Of a DNA stretch of 57,570 bases, positions 51,626 to 57,570 are shown piece after piece. The position numbers and the translations under genes are program-made. Source of the stretch: Geosiphon pyriformis uo1 (Eukaryota > Fungi > Glomeromycota); the NCBI GenBank assembly GCA_016748015.1, contig JAAOMT010000021.1, positions 10,995 to 68,564 on the forward strand. The letters run 5' to 3'. The notes under the pieces are model-generated. The model did no database searches. It saw nothing but the letters and a program-made list of their open reading frames with translations, and was not told the origin of the DNA. Within the stretch, counting starts at the first letter, position 1. Each line of letters starts with the position of its first letter.

Positions 51626-53794
51626 AATTCCAATACCAACGGATAATTTTTTAACCTAAATCAATTATTTTAAATCAATATCGATTTTAATTTTACACAT
51701 TTTAACATTTATATGTCAATAATCAGGCTAAAACTTTAGAAAATTAGTGTGGTTAATTTATTGTTATTTTTGTTTTTAATTTGTAAAAATGGTAAGATAA
51801 GAAGCAAAATCAAGCCATAGAAAAAAACTCTTAGAATTTGTGTATCTTGGTTTAAATAAGAAAAAATTCTAAAAATAACCTTTCAACTTCTAAAAATAGT
51901 AATTTATTGATTTTTAATAAAGACAAGGCTAACATTTAAATAATAAAACATTACAAAATAATTTATATTTTTATTTAAAAATTGAAAAAAAAAAATTTGT
52001 CACGAGGTACCGGTCTATAAAGGAAATTCCAGACTGTTCTAAATTTTTGCGTAATTGATCTGAAAGTCGAGTCAGCCTTCAAAAAGAATGAAAAAACAGA
52101 AATAGACAATATTTAACCGTTTAATTTATTATAAATAATAAAATCATTTATAACTTAAAACACATTGTAAAACTATTTAATGCTAAACTTTTTCATTCCC
52201 AAATATTTTACATAAATCTAGATTTCTGAAAAATTTTTAGCATTAAAATTAATATTGTTTTAATATTTTCTTATTCAAGATTTGACCGGATAAGATTAAT
52301 CAATGCAAAGTTAACTTACACAACATATCTTCCTGACGATGAATACTAAGAGTGTAACTTAACCTCATATATTATTTTAAAGATTGGACAAGACCGACAC
52401 TCAAATAAGCCTTTTTGAAACTTAAACAATGGCCTTTGCTAATTCTATTTTTAAATTAACAATAGTAAAAGACAATAGGGCTATTAAGGAATCTTTGATA
52501 AATTTGCAATAACTTTTTGAAATATTGTTTTAGCAAACACTTTTATAAAAAATGAATGCATTTCATTTAGTTTATTCTATCCGAATTAAATATATTTTTA
52601 TTTAATAGTTAATAATTATTTTTCATTAAATCATTTTAAACATAATCTGAAGACAATTTTGATTGGTACTTTGAAATTTTTCCTCATTATTAGAAAAGCA
52701 CATTATCATGCGAGAAAAGAGATATTAATCACTTGAAATATATGAAATTCAAAAATTGAACTTAGAAATATTATGATCTTGGATAAATTTTTTGCAAAAC
52801 TCTATATCTTGTATTCATTTCAAATTCAAAACTCAGATTAAAAGATTTAATGCAAAAAATAAAATTTCAATTTTTAATAATTAAATAAAGTAAAATTGTT
52901 ATATTTTTTTTAAGCATAATATAATTTAATTTAAAAAATTTGATTTAATTAAAATTATCATTTCAAATACATTTATAAAATAATTTATATTGTATATTTT
53001 ATTTATCCCTATTTTATACTTGTTCTTTAATTAACAGGATATTTCCTGAATAAAATTGTATTTAATTTTTAATTCAATGCTAGCGACTTTCCAAACTTTT
53101 AATAACCCAAATTCAAGCAGACAAAAAATTAAGAAATTCTTTTTATAAAAACCCAATTAATCTCAATTAAAATAAACCATGATATTTTATACTTCTTAAA
53201 TCAATTAATCTATTAATATATATATATATATACTGCTAACTCCCTTTACTCATTTTGCTGATATTTTTTAAATATTCTCAAGGAATCTATTAATGATGAT
53301 ATGTTTCATTATATTAAGTGTATAAATTAAATCTTAATTATATTAAAAAATTATTTATATTATTTATTTAAATTTTTTGAAATAAAATAAATTAAAAACA
53401 TAAATTAATAAAAAGCTAAAATATAATATTATGCAGAAATTTTAATAAACAAAAATTCTTATTCTAAATAAATTTAAGAGAAAATTATTTGACTTTGATT
53501 AAAAAAATTACTCGAATAAAATCTTCATTGTTTTTTATGAATATTAAAATAAAAAATAGATTATGCATCCATCAATTTCATTCTTTTAATGAAAAATCGA
53601 GTCTTTATTAACAATGATCTTTGATTTGAATTTTCTAGCATTATCCTTTTTTTTAAAAAATTTCTTTGATTATTTTAAGATTATATAACTAGCAGAGCTT
53701 CATTTTTTTAATTAATTTTTGGTAGCACGGTACTTTTTATGCTTTAGACGAAAACTAAATTTTAGACGTAAAAATAGGCAATTATCTTAATCAT

Positions 53795-54031
53795 AGTTAA
53801 GCAATTTCAGTAAGGCTAATACATGTAATAAGATTAAGTAGGAAATGATAATTTATAAAGCAACCTATATTCATCTAAAGGTTTGAATTGTGATGAGATA
53901 TTGATGAAATTTGCCGAATATGGTGACATGCGGAAATATTTAACAACAAATTTTCATTCTATGAATTGGTCTCACAAATTAGAGTTATGTGTATTGGTCT
54001 TTATCAAATTCACTCTGCTGGTATAATTCAT
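53795..54031 (+). pseudogene. Kinase remnant truncated at the catalytic loop
   Basis: ILMKFAEYGDMRKYLTTNFHSMNWSHKLE.../GLYQIHSAGIIH; the match stops just before RDLHSGN. Confidence 0.85.
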
Positions 54032-54230
54032 GCTAAAGATTAAAGAACCAGGCATGCCAGATAAAGAACACGGCTATGAACCGCCTAGGAATTGGGATGG
54101 CAAGTTGAAGAAGGCTCCCAGAAGTCACGAAAAATAATATCCCTACAAAGACAGGAGTGTTTGGGTTCCGACAGGACGTGATCCACAGAATCCTAATTCT
54201 CACAGCGGTCCCCACTGGGATGTCGAATAC
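54030..54230 (+). pseudogene. Ntox37-like polymorphic toxin domain fragment
   Basis: MLKIKEPGMPDKEHGYEPPRNWDGKLKKAPRSHEK*YPYKDRSVWVPTGRDPQNPNSHSGPHWDVEY matches the recalled pattern PGxP...GYxPPKxWDG...GYPDKxGxVWVPTG...HGGPHWDV; one in-frame stop at 54135-54137. Confidence 0.75.
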
Positions 54231-54487
54231 TTATCTGTTTATAATAATAACATTGGCATCTTTTTTGTAGGATAATGTTGGTTGTTATACATCCTTTCAT
54301 CTCATGACGCATCATACAAGAGCGTTCTATGAATACCATTAAGGGTTTTTTTGTCTGCATTCTTTGGATAAATTTAATATCTTGACGGTTAGGAAAAATC
54401 AATTGAAATTACTCTTCTTCGATGCTATTAATAGGACGCTAAAAATTAACAGCCCCACCAATTACTTGAAATTTTTATTTTAGGCAT
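54231..54487 (-). pseudogene. Remnant of a small uncharacterised bacterial-type protein gene
   Basis: Joined frames: FQVIGGAVNF*RPINSIEEE*FQLIFPNRQDIKFIQ/ADKKTLNGIHRTLLYDAS*DERMYNNQHYPTKK, recalling a bacterial family KNIQVIDGAxN...FxxIFPxxQDIEF...KKxxxGIHGTLFY...YPTK (from memory, not searched). Confidence 0.55.
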
Positions 54488-55738
54488 ATACTTTATTTTT
54501 CGTTTTCTACAGTAGCTTTTGTCAACAAAATTTTTTTCACCCTTTGCTTTTTTTTTCTTCTGCCTCTCCCCTTTAAGGCTTTTATATCCTTTTGTATGAT
54601 TATGGTTCTGTTGCTCAATAAAGAAAAGTTTTTTACGTTTTAAATGATGACTAGAAAAAATGAAAAAAATAACTATCATAAGAAAAAGTTCGACACACCT
54701 TCGATCACAACTTATTAAAAATAGCTGAACATGAATCAAAAGCAAAAATGTGATAAATCTAATAAGATATTGATTCGCAGCCAGTAATGGGTGAAGTAGA
54801 CTAAACAGAGTTTCTTACTGAACTGATGAAAAAGAGGGTAATCGGGATGTCCGGAAAATCTTTTTTCATAAAGAGGGGGTATAACTTAAAAAATCTACTT
54901 GGAACTAAAACGGTTAAGAGAAAAGAGAGCAAAACTATCCACGGACCTTTTTTTAACTGAAAAACTCTAGCAAAACAAGTTTTTTTCAAGAAAGTTTTCC
55001 AGGTGGTTTGGTCTTGGCTATTATTTATCAATTATTTCTTTAATAAATGCCTTCTCTACTATTCATTATAAAAAATAATCAAAGGTTTTTAGTCTACTGC
55101 TAAGAAAATCCCTAATAAGCGAGTTCTAATTAAATTCAAGTTTTCAAAAGTCATTTCAAAAGGCAAATTTAATACAAGTTTTTTTATATTAAAGATTATT
55201 TTTTAAAGGTTTGTATTTTGATAAAAAATTTGAATTACTGATAATCAAATGCCTAAAGTTTAATATTTTACTAATTAATTCTAAAGCTAAATAATACTCA
55301 AATTCTTTTGTGAATGATTTTGAAATATATAAAATTAACTAAATCGGCAAGAAATTGTTTTTAACAAGAATCAAATTCAAACAGCTATTCACCAAAACGC
55401 ATCCGTTAAAATCTTGATAACAAAATCTATTGATAAGATGAAAATCTTAAAATTATTACGATTAATTAGTTAATGAAAACTTAACTTCAACAATTAAATT
55501 GTATTTGATTTATCTTAGGCGTATTTTTTAATACAATTTTACTGCAATGTAGATTAAATACAAATATCAAAGCCTTCCTGTATTGAATTTATTCAATTAT
55601 ACACAACAATCTAAGGATCAGCGCTAGTTTCAATAAATTATGGAAATGATCTAACTAAATAACAATGGTTTATAACAATGGGAATGCTTTTCAACAAATA
55701 AATTAATGAGGTGATAGTGGAAGGTTGATTAATATAAA

Positions 55739-57440
55739 TTATTTCGTAAAAAATTTATTAAAAATGCCCATTGGGCTCGACCAAGATATTTTACCACTGT
55801 TGCCGCCCTCTTGATCATTCTCGTCCGACTTGAGTGGTTTGAGACATGGTTTCAATCGCACATAATCAACCATCTAGATAAATAAATAAATTCAAAGATT
55901 GGAAATATCTGAGTTTAATTAAATACCGAAAAGTCGGAGCTTTAGAATACATACAAAACCACTTTTCGTACGAGATGTATTATGATCGATAATTCTGAAG
56001 TCAACATCTCGCCAATAATAGCATGGGCCGGTGCTTTTCGCTACCTCCAGAGGTTCACTGATGACAAGCTTGACAGGCAATCGATGCTCAAACCATTGAT
56101 CACTATTTGTTGTCATATCATCATCATCATCATCATCATCATCATTATCATCATCATCATCATCATCATCAACCGTCATGTCTATTAGATTTATTGAATC
56201 ACCGTCTTCCTGTTCCTANNNNNNNNNNNNNNNNNNNNNNNNNNNNNNNNNNNNNNNNNNNNNNNNNNNNNNNNNNNNNNNNNNNNNNNNNNNNNNNNNN
56301 NNNNNNNNNNNNNNNNNNNNNNNNNNNNNNNNNNNNNNNNNNNNNNNNNNNNNNNNNNNNNNNNNNNNNNNNNNNNNNNNNNNNNNNNNNNNNNNNNNNN
56401 NNNNNNNNNNNNNNNNNNNNNNNNNNNNNNNNNNNNNNNNNNNNNNNNNNNNNNNNNNNNNNNNNNNNNNNNNNNNNNNNNNNNNNNNNNNNNNNNNNNN
56501 NNNNNNNNNNNNNNNNNNNNNNNNNNNNNNNNNNNNNNNNNNNNNNNNNNNNNNNNNNNNNNNNNNNNNNNNNNNNNNNNNNNNNNNNNNNNNNNNNNNN
56601 NNNNNNNNNNNNNNNNNNNNNNNNNNNNNNNNNNNNNNNNNNNNNNNNNNNNNNNNNNNNNNNNNNNNNNNNNNNNNNNNNNNNNNNNNNNNNNNNNNNN
56701 NNNNNNNNNNNNNNNNNNNNNNNNNNNNNNNNNNNNNNNNNNNNNNNNNNNNNNNNNNNNNNNNNNNNNNNNNNNNNNNNNNNNNNNNNNNNNNNNNNNN
56801 NNNNNNNNNNNNNNNNNNNNNNNNNNNNNNNNNNNNNNNNNNNNNNNNNNNNNNNNNNNNNNNNNNNNNNNNNNNNNNNNNNNNNNNNNNNNNNNNNNNN
56901 NNNNNNNNNNNNNNNNNNNNNNNNNNNNNNNNNNNNNNNAACGTAGGATATTAGGTTTCCCGCTAAAAACGAGTAATTTGATACATGTTAATATTATTCC
57001 AACGTTATTTCCTTTGATTATATAAATTGGGGAGACAAAAAAAATTACCACCTCTTACCTAATTTTTTGTATAATTTACGCCAATCAATTTCTGTTTTTT
57101 CCTCATCTATATTTTCATTTATGGTGGTAGAAACATCCTCTTTTGGATCCTTTTCAGATCTATTTCGTACATCTTCCTGTTCCTGTTCCTCCTCTTCATC
57201 TTCCTGTTCCTCCTCCTCTTCATCTTCATCATCTTCCTGTTCCTCCTCCTCTTCATCATCACTAGATTTAAAGCTTTGTCCCTTTCCATTCTCTTTATCT
57301 CCAAAACGTAACATAAACATAATGTGCCACAAATAATTATCTTTGGTATGCGAAAACAAGTTTTTGTTAACCTGATTAGAAGCAAAGTTTTTTGATTAAA
57401 TTCATAAATTATTTTAAAGTTTTCCTTTGAGATGTACAAG
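55739..57440 (-). CDS. F-box protein with long acidic tracts and PP2-like C-terminus, spanning the assembly gap; 5' part possibly frameshifted
   Basis: F-box-like ...KTLLLIRL/..HTKDNYLWHIMFMLRFG...DWRKLYKK, intron 57058-56964; after the gap, poly-D then DHNTSRTKSGF|MVDYVRLKP (intron 55954-55874, GTATGT donor); stop at 55739-55741. Confidence 0.6.
56113..56170. repeat. (CAT)n microsatellite encoding poly-Asp on the minus strand
   Basis: About 18 tandem cat/gat triplets. Confidence 0.9.
56219..56939. other. Assembly gap (N run)
   Basis: N characters. Confidence 1.
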
Positions 57441-57570
57441 ACAAAATTTTTTGAGACATTACTAGAGCAACAGAAAAAATGTCTCGCTCATTCAACAAGC
57501 ATAAGATTTTTAACATAATGTCATGTGGTAATCTGGAAAAAATATCCTTATTTCTCGTTATATGAATCTC

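Noticed and set aside
54030-54042. In-frame kinase-toxin fusion protein
   Set aside because: The toxin is in a different frame, the kinase frame stops at 54041-54043, and both parts are decayed; only adjacency is supported.
56107-57051. Long poly-His and X-filled ORFs
   Set aside because: Artefacts of the N gap and the antisense reading of the poly-Asp microsatellite.
57067-57439. Poly-Ser and Arg/Met-rich ORFs
   Set aside because: Antisense and alternative frames of the acidic tract; only the 5' part of 57119-57439 may be F-box sequence.

Overview
AT-rich eukaryotic DNA with short GT-AG introns. The gene families present (zinc-knuckle tyrosine-kinase-like kinases with the 'SGN..DEII' signature, F-box/LRR genes, expanded Myb genes, Tc1/mariner) point to an arbuscular mycorrhizal or related Mucoromycota fungus; this assignment is inference. 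Left to right: 3' half of a cytochrome P450; decayed AT-rich DNA; a GC-richer island with 68-bp and 40-bp tandem arrays flanking a 28S rRNA fragment; an ElaA-type GNAT acetyltransferase; a decayed IS607-type element (serine-recombinase TnpA plus an intron-containing Fanzor2/TnpB nuclease gene, ~14.7-16.9 kb, almost invisible in the ORF track); an intact F-box/LRR gene; a ~30-kb rearranged array of multi-repeat Myb genes (7 near-full copies in two subfamilies plus 2 remnants) interleaved with protein kinases and one Tc1 transposon; a kinase remnant joined to an Ntox37-like polymorphic-toxin fragment and a bacterial-looking gene remnant; and an F-box/PP2-like gene spanning an assembly gap. The main leads are the IS607-Fanzor2 fossil, the Myb array with variation concentrated in predicted DNA-recognition helices, and the toxin-like block at ~54 kb. 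All family assignments are from manual translation and motif recall, not database searches.
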